NCBI GenBank assembly: GCA_008632985.1
Contig: QPGO01000136.1
Coordinates: 186,001 to 220,845 of the forward strand
Length of the DNA: 34,845 nucleotides
Origin: Psammoneis japonica
Lineage: Eukaryota
Reading direction: 5' to 3'
The position numbers and the translations under genes are program-made. Below the pieces are notes generated by a model. That model did no database searches. It saw only the letters and a program-made list of their open reading frames with translations, and was not told the DNA's origin. Of the stretch, positions 10,718-23,313 are shown piece by piece (the first letter of the stretch is position 1; each line of letters starts with the position of its first letter).

Positions 10718-12604
10718 CTACTCGAACACAGCAGTCATAAACTTAATAAAGCGATTCGCGTATGTTTCTGGATCCACACAACTGATTTCTGCCTCTGCGT
10801 TTCCTGCAGCCTTTCGAATCACAGTCTCGCCCCACTTGCGGGCGTTGTATTGTTGCAAAATGTCAATAATGCCTGAACATGCAAAAGATGTCACCATGTG
10901 TGAGACAACAATGTGGTATGCGCAAGTCACAATTTCACTGTGCGTTACATACCAAAAAAGTAAATTTCTCTCGTATCCTTCCCACCGTCGCCGACTTGGC
11001 TTTCCACTCCCAAATCAGGTCGCAAAGTAATAGGATTGACATCCAGACTCATAAACTGCACGCTCCTTTGAAGCTCAGAACCTGCATCCGACGATGAATC
11101 AGAAGCCCAGGAATAGGCATCGTCTCCAAAGGACGACATGGCTTGCTCTCGTTGGGAATCCCACGTAAAGGCACTGTCTTCGTCACTCTCCAGCGCGAGC
11201 GCCGCTTGCGCCGCCTCGAGCAGGTCTGTATTGAGTTTGGCTTGGGCCGCATGCTCCTCGTCAAGCTCGACACCGTCCAACAAGTGTCTGCGAAAGGGAG
11301 TGTTGGTTCTCATGAGACTTCTTTTGCGGACTTGCCCCTTTTTGTTACTTCTACTGTCGGTAGCACCAGAAGCAGAATATTCCGCCATTCGTTGTGACGA
11401 TGACTTGTCATTCTTGTCCACACGAAGATGCACGCCAAGCAAGAGCGAATAATCCATAATTCCCATGCGTGCCAAAAAGGTTGCGTCTCGTCGCATTTGC
11501 AACATGATTTGCTCCTTGACCGCTTGCCCCACTAGGAGTTTTCTCCCCTCCTCCAAAAAATCCAAATCCTTGTGTACCGACTCTCCTCGATTCGCCCGAC
11601 GTCCCGCGGTGGATCCCTTGAGGTCCCACGTTTTGTGGATTTCCCGCTCCGTATTAAAGACCGACTTCATAATGACAAAATGAATCGCTCTTCCCTGATC
11701 GGGCATTTTGACGCGGTACATTCCATAAAAGTGTGTCAAGAAGGAGTGAGGATTATCCATGAGGTGCTTGTAATAGCGAGCAAGGATTTCGTGCAAAAGA
11801 GTGACTCTTCGCTTGTCATGGTCTTGATCATGTACTGACCGTCGTGACTGAAAAAGAAAAACTGAAAATCAGAAAAGCAGTGGGGGGAGCGTGAGAAGAA
11901 CATGCGAAGATGTTCAGATTCATAAGACACTCTTTAAACTCATTCGTAATTTAACAATTCGTTTTCCTTACCTGCCCGGACTTGGCGTTACTCATGAATT
12001 CCACGAAATTGAACTTGCCGCAAATCGAATGCAAAAAAGACTGATTCTCTACTCCAAACGCACTCCGTATTCTAGCAAAGATGAGCGGCGCATACGCCTT
12101 GAATTCGTACCCAAACGGCAAGGGCTTTGCGTTGTAATGAGATGTGATGCAGTGCTTTCCACTCTCAAAGTGGTACTTTCGTATCCGTGCCCATTCTTTC
12201 TTGAGATGCTTGCCCTGCAGAATCTGGTTGGGTTCCAACTCGGCCTCGCGCAGAGCTTCATCGCCACCGACAACTTCTCTTATGCCCAAAATCATTCCAG
12301 CCGTCAAGGCGTATTGAGCGTGTTGCCGGTTAATCTTTCTACCACTCTTTGTAATGCTACGTTTCTCGTTGGCTTGTGCCTGAGGAATGCCGTACATGGA
12401 GCTCTGCCTGTGTTGTTCGGGTCGCAGCAGGGCGGACGCTGGAATCGAGTCGACGAGATCCGTGGGGATCACTTCGAATTCAGGCGGTTCTTCTGTAGCG
12501 CGATAGCTTAGTTCATCCACAAGAGGAACAAACTTTTTCTTTTCAACCATGGCAAGGTCTTCTTCGTCGTTTAGTTGTGTCGTCATTGGTCGATCTTTCA
12601 TCAT
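10718..12604 (-). CDS. PIP5K: Phosphatidylinositol-4-phosphate 5-kinase; introns 11862-11971 and 10873-10952; one 1-nt frameshift at ~11796; start uncertain (frame stays open upstream of ATG 12604)
   Basis: PIPK motifs FKAYAPLIFARIRSAFG, AKSGQ-FFFFSHDGQYMIKT, WDLKGST, KDLDF, IMDYSLLLG, YFFG-IIDILQQY and ISCVDPETYANRF. Both introns have canonical GT..AG ends. Confidence 0.93.
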
Positions 12605-12962
12605 AAACACTATACCGGTACGAGCATGTGTGCCCCCTTTTCTCAGTAGAGGAGATTGTTTATAATTCTTCTCTCTAGCTTCTGCGTCTGGTAGCAATTT
12701 ACAAAAGTATCTTTGTTTAGAGTTGATTAGTAAGGTGTTTGTGGTGGCCGTGGTTTACTTCACGTCTCTATCGGCGGCAACTCGTCATGGTTTTGTCTCA
12801 TCGCGTTGGGTGGCAGTTGGCAGTGGCGATGAATCAACTACATCCTTCAGTCTTGAATAATATATTTTTAAGAAGGTGGTCCAGAGATTGCTTGGTACAT
12901 TTTTCACGTAGAAACTACCCGAGACCAAGCACGCGTACATTCCTACACAGACAGGGCCTTTA

Positions 12963-15900
12963 TACGAAGAAGCCATCCGGGCTGCAGCCCCTGATGTCGA
13001 CTCCCTCCGCGATCTCATCGCCTCGTGGAACCCACCGAAGCCCGTGCCCCGCTAACTTGCCCCTTCTGCTCCTGGTCTCCTTCTTCCATCGATGCATCAT
13101 CCCTTCCCACCACCACACGCAGCCACCTTCGCCAGGAGCATCCCCGTCTCTCCCTTTCTCATGTGCCTGCGTCCTTCTTTGACACCGCTGGTTTGCACGT
13201 CTGCAGGCATTGCAATCACAGCCAACACACCTGCCCAACCGCCGTCCACCTTCGCAATCACTTGCAGAACAAGCATTTTGCTCCTTGCTCCTCCCTCAAC
13301 ACTGACATTGTTCTCTCGTCCCTCCACAATCCAGGTGACTGGGGCTCCTCGCACAATGGCTCCATGCTCTCGCACCCGATCCTCCGCCTTTCCGAGCTTC
13401 CTGTCGCCGCAAGCTCTCATCCTCCGCCCGCAAGGAACTCTACTCTGCCCTTCATCATGAGATGCGCTGGGTGCTGGCTGCCTCCCAGCCCCTGTCTGAC
13501 CCTTCCCATCTCATTCCTACGTGGCAACGTGACTCTGCGCCCTTCTGGAAGCTTCCTCCACTCTTTGAAGCTCTCATTCTTGCTCCTGTTCCGTCACGCT
13601 CCAAATTTGGCCCTGCCATTGCCTCCTGCTTGTCCCTCTTCCACCATGGCTGCATTCGCCAACTCTGCCAAGAAGCCTGCTCCCACACGCCATGCCTCTC
13701 TTCATCTTCCCCCGACTTTTCTGCTTCCACCTGTTGCCACTCCGCTCAAGTCTGCGCCGATGAAGACAATTTCACTTGGCCTGCTCCAAGCTCACCTCCG
13801 CGCTTCCCACTGCTGCCGTCACTCCTGAATGCCTCCCTGACATCCTCAAGCTCCACCCTCCTCGTCTGCATCCCTCCGACCTCCCTGATCCCCCTTCAAC
13901 TTGCTCGGCCTCCTCCCTTCATGACGAGCCTGTTGAACTCTCCTCCGATGCTCTTCTTTCTGCTCTCTCCAAATGTAAACCTGGGACTGCCGCTGGCGTC
14001 TTCGCTGATTCTACTGACCTCTTCAAGTCCTGCGCCCTCTGTTCCACCAAAACTCTGACAGGAGTTGCTCAATGTCCCCATTTGCCATCCTTCCGTGAGC
14101 TTGTTCTTCTCCTTCTTCATGGCTCCATTCCTCCCTCCATCCATTCCTTGTTTGCTTCCAACTGCTTTGTTGCTCTTCATAAAGATGCCAGTGACCTCAA
14201 CAAGCTTTGCCCCATTGGAGTCAGCGCTGCTCTCCGTCGCATTGCAGGCTCCGTCGTCATGACTCTCTTTGGATCTGAGTTCACTGAATGTCTCCTCCCA
14301 GACGGCCAATTCGGCATTGGTGTCAAAGGTGGCCTCGACTATCTCATTCACTCTGCTCTTATCAACATTGAACAATGTCTTTCTTCTGCTGACTCTGCCA
14401 AGGTTCTTCTTCTTCTCAACCTTGTCAACATGTTCAACGAAGCATCCCGAGACGCCTGTCAACACGTTCTCACCTCCATCGCTGCCTTCCATCCTCTGCT
14501 TCCTTTTTTTGACCTTCTGTGTCAAAGTTCCAATGCTTGCTGGCATCGCCGACCCGATTCTTCCTGGGGCTCCTTTCTTCAAGAAGAGGGATTTGCTCAA
14601 GGATGCCCTCTCGGTCCTGTCTTGCCAGTCTAGCCCTCTCTCTGGTTCTTCGTCCAATCAACCAAGAGCTCCGAGAACAAATCCCTGGCCGATCCTCTGT
14701 CTCAGTTGGCTCCTGCATTGATGATGCTCATGCTTTTCTTCCCCATTCCGTGCTCCCGTGGTTCCTCGAACGCTTCTCCGCCCTCGGCGCTCCCTGCGGG
14801 ATCTCCCTCAACCTCCGTAAAACCAAAAACCTCACCTCCATTGCAGGTGTAGCCCCATCCCCACTCTCCCCCCTTCCCGTGCCGATCCCCTCCGTGCTGC
14901 TCCCTCCTTCTTAAACCCTGCCAATGACCCCTCCTGCAACCCCGAACTCACCTCTGGTGTTTGCTTCCTCGGACAGCCCCTTGGCTCTCATGACTTGCCA
15001 GCTCCTTCCTTTCGGATGCTTCCTCTGCTCTCTCCGATAAAGTCGATGTGCTTCTCACCCGTCTTCATGATAAACAAACCCAAGCTCAACTCTTCAAACA
15101 CTGTTTTGTTCCATCCTCTGCCCACCTCTTGGGGCTGACTTCCATTGCAACTTCGACCCCGACAATCCTCCCGACCCCTTCCTCTGGACTTCTCCGTTTC
15201 AAGACTTCCTCCTCACCGTTGCTCACCGCTTTCTTTACTGCGCCACATCCTACGCCGCTCCTTTTCCTGATCATTCCATTGCCATCGCTTTCCTCCCTGC
15301 CTCCTTGGGCGGGTTTGGTCTTCGGGATCCAACAGCTGCTGCCATTCCTTCCTTTTTGGCATCACTCCTTCGCTCATTCCGCTTTGCTTCGCACGGTGTC
15401 AGCCTGCCGTCTGGTGCTTCTGTTTTCCTTCCGCGCTGCTTTCGGCTCTCCCTGTCTTCCTGGTCCAACCCTTGCTCTTCCCTGCGACTCTGTGTGCTCT
15501 TCCGTCGCTGTGCTCCCGTTCTTGCTTCTGCCTCCACCCTTTCCTCTTCTTCCTTGGCTGTTCTGGTTAAATCGGCCGCTCTTCCTGGCCTGGCTCGCCG
15601 TCTTTACCATGAACATCAACAGCAAGCAGTTGCCTCCATTCTTGCTAACTCATCTTACGATGTGCAATCTTCGCTGTCTTCATTGCTGTCTCCGCTTACA
15701 AGCCTTCCTCTTCATTCCTTCTCCCGTCACTTCCCAAGCTCCCGTCTTTCTTCGGACACCTGCGCCATTGCTGCTCTTCGCAAGCTTCGCCTCCCCGTCC
15801 TCCCTCCGTCCCTTGTCAACACTCCCTGTCCCTGTGGCCATGCAATCCTTGATGCTTGTGGTGACCATGCCTTTTCTTGCCACCGTGCCCACAAGTCCAA

Positions 15901-16776
15901 GCTTTCCAATGGTCTCCGCGACACTGTTTTCATCCTAGCCCAAACCCTGGGACCCCTTGCAGAGTTCTGTTGCTCCCCCAATGACGTTCATCTCGAGCCT
16001 GCCAACCTGCTCCCCACCCGCCCGCTTCTCCATCCCGCCAATGTCGGCATTTCAATTCCCCCTCCTGCCTCCCTTTCTGCTCCTTCCCCCGTCATCATTA
16101 CATTGCAGTGGACGTCACCATCCCCAAAGCTCCTTCTCGCCCTCCTCCAGGTCTGCCTGCTCCCTCTTCTCCTGTTTTAACTGAGGCACACCACTGAGCG
16201 CGAGATTGAAGTTCCTTGGCCCCTCTGCTTCCTCTGCTGATGGATCCCTTGTTGTTTCTTTGCTCAACAATGATGGCATCTTCCTGCTCCCCTTCACCGT
16301 CGATCACCTTGGTGGTCTCGGCTGCTTTGCTCACCGCTTGCTCTTTGGCCCTGCGCCTTCTTCCATCTGCTCTCAGCCCAAGCCACCCTGGTCCTCTTCC
16401 TCTGACTTTCGTCACTCCGTTGCCTCCCACTCCGCCTTCCTCTGTGCTTTGTCATCTCCGTCTGCAATCCTTCCGTCTGCTGACTTCGCATGGCGTCGCC
16501 TGTCCACCGATCACTTTGGGAGCACCTGCCGCACAGCCTCCCCATCCCAGTGGGCCACCCAAACCCTTGGCCACAACGTCGTTCTTCACCTTTCTACGCA
16601 CATCCTCCGATTCACTTCCTCCCTCCCTGCTCCCTCCTCACCTGCACCTTCCTCTGAACGCCCTTTGTCCTGTGTCCTTTGGCCCTTATACTCTGCCGTC
16701 ACTGCAGCCACCTCCGTGCCTCCCTCTGCTGTTCCCTTCCGCTCTACACAGGCTCTCTTGATTTTCTGTTTTAAAA
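12963..16776 (+). mobile_element. 5'-truncated, degenerate CRE-clade non-LTR retrotransposon (copy 1)
   Basis: Colinear with 30962-34810. Two C2H2 fingers (CPFC..HLRQEH, CRHC..HLQNKH), RT motifs (PIGV..LRRI, QFGIGVKGG, NMFN, GFAQGCPLGP, [Y>C]IDD), LPASLGGFGL, CCHC knuckle CPCG..DHAFSC and RLE-like VDVT...LPFTVDHLGGLG. Ends at TTTTAAAA; many frameshifts. Confidence 0.92.
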
Positions 16777-17421
16777 CAGAAAGCATGGCACTCCGCATCA
16801 GCGACTCATGATGACACCACTTGACGACCATGCATCAAAATGGCGTCTTCCGAGTCTTTCTGCAGCTCCTCTTTCACTCACCCGATTGCTCCAAAAGGGC
16901 CAGGGAAAGCTCTTGTGCTTCTGTTGTGATGGAATGGTGTGAACACAAGTTGTTCTTTTCATTCCAAAATCTCAGAACACAGTGCAACAGATTGTCAAGG
17001 TGCACCTGCACATTGGCTGTGCTGTCAGGCAAATCAACGCCATTTGCTGTTCACTCCAGAACAACAAAGGAGACGTGGTGCCCCAATGAATGCACTCTGC
17101 ACTCACTTGATGAATTGCAAAGATGACAACTCTTGTTGCTGAAACTCCTCTTGAGGACCGAGCCACTTTTGGGACTCATCACAATGACCCATTTTTGTCG
17201 TCCCGTCCTTCACCCTCTAAATTTGTTGTGTTGGCCAACAAATGGGGCAAATGAGTCACAAATTTCTGGGTCATAAACTGCCTTGCAGCCAAAAGACGTG
17301 ATTCACACCTTCAGAACTGCCATGATGCACTGGTCTGCCAAATCAAACTCCGCATCAAAATGGATGGACAGTCAGGGAGAACTCTTGTCAAAACTGCACG
17401 ATGCAATGAAATGATGTTTGG

Positions 17422-17914
17422 GGTGGCACGGGCACAAAAGTGGGCCAGATTCCATGCATGCAGAGCTTGGCATGTTTTCCACACAAATCACCAAAGTCAG
17501 CTTGCCAACTTGAGCCATCTCCCGGATGATGGAAACTTGGACATTTCACACAAAAAAGTGTTTGGACCACTTGGTTGCACTGCCCTCAACTTGTTCATTG
17601 AGAGAAGTTGCAAGTTTTCATGTGTTCTTTGTTTGGTGTGGCTCTTTAAAACCCAGTTGTTGTGATTTTAGCACCTTTCTGATTGGATTTGTTGCATGTC
17701 CTCAGAAACCTGTGAAAACTTGTGACTTCTCTTCACAAACAAGTCAAGGGGAGTGCAGCTGAGCAGTCCAAACACTTTGTCATGTGAAATGTCCAAGTTT
17801 CCATTGTCTGGGAGAGGGTTCAAGTTGGCAAGCCAACTTTGGCAATTTGTGTAGAAAACATGCCAAGCTCTGCGTGCACAGAATCTGGCCCACTTTTGTG
17901 CCTCCTGCACCACC
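17422..17914. mobile_element. Foldback/MITE-like element: ~200 bp inverted arms (17422-17622 and 17711-17914) around a ~90 bp spacer
   Basis: ggcacaaaagtgggccagattc...cagagcttggcatgttttc...ggaaacttggacatttcaca...aagttttca is matched by its reverse complement. No credible coding capacity; no TSD seen. Confidence 0.8.
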
Positions 17915-19979
17915 GCGAGATTGACTCCGAGTCACGAATCTTGAATCCTGCATCATGACCCGCTTGACTCACTCAAAGTTCTTGAAAGAGTTTGAAATTG
18001 CTGCAGCTGCTGCACTGCAGAGATTTTGACCCCCACCAGCCAGTGCCATGAAGTGCAAGAGAGAGAAGATCATTGTCGGCCTGTCAATCTTTGAACCAAT
18101 GTGTCACGAGCACACCCTGGGTGGGTGTTGTTCATGACAGCACACACTTGAAAAAGGGCTGACTGTCCCAGTTTTGTTTTGCCACAGAATTCCCAAAATT
18201 CCCCGGGATTGCCACCTTTCACCACGACTTTCCATGGAAGCAAAAGTGGAGCCGCACATGGTCAACAAAACATGGCAGACTGATTGACGATGTTTGTTCT
18301 TCCCTTTGACCTGTCTTGTGCGCAGAATGCAGTGTGTCATTTTTTCTTCTTGTGTCATGTGGTCACAAATGCAAACCACAATGGCTCTAGAGCAAAGGCG
18401 CCAGGGCAAAAACAGAGCCGCACATGAGCAATGTCAACATGTGTGATTCAATGGCTGAGTTCATTCTTCCCTTGCTCTGCCACAAGGGGCCACTTTGTGT
18501 CAATTTGTTGATGCATCTGTCATGGTCATTGGTGGCAGAGTGTGCTGGCTGGCTGGACAATGTGTCAAAAAGCACACCCGCCCACATGAAATGCAGCGAG
18601 AACTGCCGCGCTGCACTCATTTTTTGTTCCTTCCTCTGACCCCTTTCAGTCATTCCTTCCCACTGAATTGCCTTCATTTCCTGGGTGCTCCCCCAAAGGG
18701 CAAGGCAATTCCCCCTCACCCTCACCATTTTGGGGAATCCCCAAATGGGCACAAAGCCAAACCAAGCTGGATGTTCGTGGAGCACCTTCATTTCACGGGC
18801 AAGTGCAAGCGACGGACAAAATTCAGAGTCAACTCTCCAGTGGGACCCATGGCAACTGCAGCATCAGTCAACTTGGCACCCCCAAATTTTCTCTGGAGCA
18901 GCACACAAGTTCACATTGGAAAAACCCAAGCAGCGCGGTGTGGGAAAACACGCGACGGTGGTTGCATTGCGAGACATCCATCGCTGATGCTGTGCACAGC
19001 ACAGTGACATGAAAGACAACTTGCCAGTGCTGTGTCATCTGCAGGTGGAAACAGTGCCACGCCCTGCATGATCTTTGGTCAATGAAGCCAAAAAATGCGT
19101 GAAAAGTGTGCAACAATTTTGAGGCCATTGCGGTTGACAGAGGAGCACCCAAGTTCGCATTGAAAACACTCAAGGGCAGCATCAAACACTTGCACAAAAG
19201 AGGTTTGGTTGCACAGGGAGGCTTCAGAGGCGATGCATGATTGCAGAGGTCAGTGTGGGCTCACAACCCAACAGAGACTCCAGTGTGTGGTGAAGCGACC
19301 TTTTCCACTGACACTCCCCCAGTTTGGGACTTTTGGGCTTGCGCACTGGTCAAAAGTTGGCCGGATCAGTCTGGGTTGACCGTTGACCACTTGGCATTTC
19401 TGATTGGCGCAATCACAAATTGCTCTTGTGGGAGAAAGAATTCTTGATCCGGGGGGTGGGCAATGACCACAAGAACTGCATGTTGTCGGCACTCCGCACT
19501 TTGTTGCTGCTCCTCCACAGTGCTGTAGAGTCGTAAAAGCGGCTTACGATCATGTGACTTGCCGGCATGCCCTCGATTTGTCACAGTGAAAATTGTCCAG
19601 TTCACACACAATGCCAAATTCTTGATGTCACAAAAGGAATCAGTGTGTGGGAAAGAATTTCAAAAGCAGACAAAAATGCCAATTCCACATCAGATTGCTC
19701 AGTCGCACACAACATTCATCTGGAAGCTTGCCAATTTGAAAGTCTTTCAAATGTCCATTGTAACAATTGTCATCGTGATTCTGGTCATTAAAAAGTGTTG
19801 TGACAAAGAGTCTCTCGCAGCATTCCACTGTTCTCCCCCAAGACATTTTCACTTGGCACCCTGCCACTGCAACCCTCACACAAAACGAAAAACAAGAATC
19901 GAGTCTTTAGAGCCACTGTTGAGTCTCATCCACTGAACACTCACAAAACAGGATCAAGCCAAATCTCAAACAAGAAAAG

Positions 19980-22170
19980 ATGAAAATCATTGGCAAGGGT
20001 GTTTCTCTCTTTCTTGCTTTTGCTCTTTGCGATGCTGCTGGTGCGTGGCATTGCTGCATGGCAAATCGTGCTTGGGCGACAGCGCCTTTTCGATGAGACA
20101 AGAGCGGCCAACAAATTTGCATCTTTTTTGTCTTTGTTCTTCCTCAGACCTGACGGCAAAGCCGGGACTCAGGGATGGTGCTTCTCCAGAGGCAAGCAAC
20201 AACACCGTTCCCCACAGCGATCATTCCCTTTCGTCGGTCGTTCTGACAACTTCTGCTCATTCGGTGACAACTTTCACATGTGTTCTCGCAGGACGTCGTC
20301 AACCCTAACGCTGAAGCCGAGTCCGACAGGTTGCTCGCTGTAAGTGGATAAAAGATTTCATGTCGTTTAGTTGAACAAACTTTTTTCGTCATTTTCTAAA
20401 ACATCCGAATTGCTCAAACGTCTTTCAGCATGCTTTCCTGCTGAGGGGGCGTGCTGTGAAACTAAACGTGGTCATCTGAAATGCACAGTCACACAGCAAC
20501 GCGACTGTCAAGGTCGAGGTGGCCACTGCATTGGAGATGGAAGCAGCTGCAGACCAAACAAGTGTGCAAGCATCCCAAGTCCCATGCCACCAACTACGCC
20601 GAGTCCTCCGACACCAACGATGGATGGAAAGGAGGGAGCCTGCTGCTTGAGGTTCCGGCAGGTCTTGTCTTGATGAAAAAGAGTTGCTGTCTCCCTGTTT
20701 TAACCCCAATGCTTTGCCACCTTGCTTTGTGCAAATCACATTTTGCATTTACAGGGATCGATGCTTTGTTGCTTCGGAAGACATGTGCAAGTTTAAGAAC
20801 GGAATTTACCGTGGGGACGGCACGGCAAGTCTCGTCACTGTTTTGAGCACAGAATGAACATGCATGTGCAGATCTTGCAATGACCCATTTCGTTCTTTCC
20901 TCTTGTTTTCAGACCTGCATTTCCGGTGGCTGTAGGACCAGGGGTGCATGTTGCTTGGGTTCTGGTGAATGCCTCCCCTTTGAAAAGAAAAACACGTGCC
21001 AAAGGGCACTCGGTGGCACCTTCCAAGGAGTCGGCACAACTTGTCAAGACGGAGTGTGCCGTGTTGCCCCTCCTTTTGGTCCTGGTGCTCCGCCATCTGG
21101 TCCTGGTGTGCCTCCGTCTGGACCTGGTGCTCCTCCTTCCGGTCCTGGCACTCCGCCGTCTGGTCCTGGAACTCCGCCGTCTGGTCCTGGAACTCTGCCT
21201 GTCCGGTCCTGGTGCTCCTCCGTCTGGTCCTGGCACTCCCCCTTCTGGCCCGGGCACTCCTCCTTCACCCACGCCACCCACTTGGCAAGAGGGAGCTTGC
21301 TGCTTGCCCTTTGGAAACAGAACTGCGATGTTCTTTCCAAAAAAGACTGCACTCGTCAGGGTGGAGCACACCTCGGAGACGGCAAGACGTGCACCACTGC
21401 AAGATGCCCAAGGCAAGGAGCCTGTTGTTGTGACAATGGCACTTGTGGCAGGACGACATTGTCTGGATGCGACAATGGAGTCTTTCAGGGTCGCGGTGGC
21501 GAATGCAAAGACGAGAATGGCTCAACCATTTGTCCAATGCCAGCTCCCACTCCATCTCCCACGCCTGCCTCCCACACCTGCTCCTGCGCCTTCTCCCATG
21601 GCTGCTCCCACACCTGCTCTGACGGGAGCATGCTGCATGCCGTTCAGACGCAACATGTGCGAAGTTCTCTCCAGTGCAGACTGCACTCTTGAAGGAGGAG
21701 CACACCAGGGAGATAATCAGGCGTGCCAAAGGACACGCTGTCCAAGGTGTGGAGCTTGCTGCCTTGAAGATGGCGATTGCTTCTTGAGCACCTTGGCTGG
21801 TTGCAACAATGGCAAAGTCTTTCAGGGTCGCGGCACTGAATGCCATGATGGCACCGGTGCGCCTGTGTGTCCGGCGGCCCCACCCACGGTTGAAGTGGGC
21901 CGCTGCTGCCTTCCCAACGGCGATTGCGACGCAACCACCCCTGCAGAATGCAATGATCAGTTCGGAGTGTGTCAGGGAGTTGGTGCTGCGTGCGGTGGTT
22001 CCGATGATCATTGCAGCGAAACAGGAAGTTGCTGTGTGGATTTCAAGCCATTCTGTGTTGATGTCAATGTTGCGGTTTGCAAGAAGAAGCGAGGCGACTT
22101 CCAGGAAGACACCACATGCTTTGACACCTGTTGGTGTCCCGGTGAGGCCTGGGCTCGGGGATGCCAGTGA
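19980..22170 (+). pseudogene. Decayed multi-exon gene for a secreted protein with nine Cys-rich GACC modules and Pro-rich linkers
   Basis: Signal peptide MKIIGKGVSLFLAFALCDAA from ATG 19980; intron-like spacers (GTAAGT at 20340; donors at 20658 and 20825 read GCAGGT and GCAAGT). Repeated G(A/R/S)CC-x-C-x-C-x-G-x-(Y/F)xGxGxxC modules; at least three frameshifts after 21200. Confidence 0.75.
21078..21267 (+). repeat. Coding minisatellite, 9 x 21 bp, encoding GPG(A/V/T)PPS
   Basis: Units such as ggtcctggtgctccgccatct with third-position variation; unit 6 carries a 1-nt insertion. Confidence 0.92.
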
Positions 22171-23313
22171 CCGAAATCGCAACATGTGTTTTAGCGAGGA
22201 GACATGTGATGTGAGAACAAGCCAGTGATGTTGTGCCACCATGACACCTCTGCACAATCACACCTGTCCGAGCCCCTCCGCAATGAGAAGCAAACAGGGC
22301 TTGGGTCCAAGTTAAAAAAAAACAGTGTCCATGTTTTGTGAACATTGCACAAGCAGTGGGTGTCCGGCAGCAGTTTCAAGGCCTCAAATGTTCATTGGTG
22401 GTGACTGACATGTTCTCAGAGACCTCGAACAATCCACTCATGACGACATGTGGCATGGTGGAGCATGACAGTGCCAATTCAAGACCCCAGAATAATTCTT
22501 CCAACTGTCTTGGAAGTCACCATGAGCGGCCGCCGGCCACAAGGGTTGCGCACTTCCTTCATCCAAAATGACGACCTCGAGACAGCGACAGCCACAAGCG
22601 GCAAAAGTCTCCACTTGCTCAAACACTCTCGTGTGTCGCAATCATGTCCCAAACAGCACACAAAAAGTCTTTCGGCCGAACAGTTTGAATGCAATCAATC
22701 GGACATGAGCACAAGACAGTGAAAGGAAATCCAAAAACTTCTCCATCAGGACCACCAGCAGCTTGCCCTGATCAACCGCCAAGGCAACACATCGCATTGG
22801 AGCTGAGGAAAAGAAATTTCGGCCAGGACAAACTCGTCATTCACAAATGGCATGGGAACTAAATTGGAGAGCCTGTGCTCAGCAAGTGCACACAGGTGCT
22901 GGTCACTGCATCCGACAATCGCAGAACAGCGTGCGTCCAACCTTCAACAACAAGGAAGGCAGAGTGCAGTCTTGAATGAATGGCTGGAACAAACTTGCAA
23001 CAATGCTCTAAGACAGGTTCGAAATCTGTCTGCATCGCTTGATGAAGATCGTCTGTCGTCTGCCGTGTCGATGCCTGGCGATTTTGCGTCTGTCATGCAA
23101 TCATTCAGAAAAGACTGTCGTCCCATGGCACCCCATGGCACCCCTTCGCAAGTGGAGAATGTGGTTTTAATGTCATGGTGATGTGATGTTCACGTCATGG
23201 ATTTTTCATGCGTTGTCATGTCACTTGATTTTGCATTTGCACACAAATGCCAACAGCAACAGGAAAAATCCTGAACCACACTCTTTTCTCCCTGAATCTC
23301 AAGGACGAGTCGT

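Noticed and set aside
11891..12511. 206 aa plus-strand ORF
   Set aside because: Antisense to a PIP5K exon, with no recognisable motifs.
18225..18460. Weak direct repeat around gagccgcacatg (~18250 and ~18415)
   Set aside because: Too short and degenerate to assign to any element.
18725..18748. Small hairpin tttgggga-a-tccccaaa
   Set aside because: Single short palindrome in decayed DNA with no element boundary I could attach it to.
21078..21267. Regular repeat array as a CRISPR candidate
   Set aside because: No unique spacers; it is an in-frame 21 bp coding minisatellite in a eukaryotic gene.
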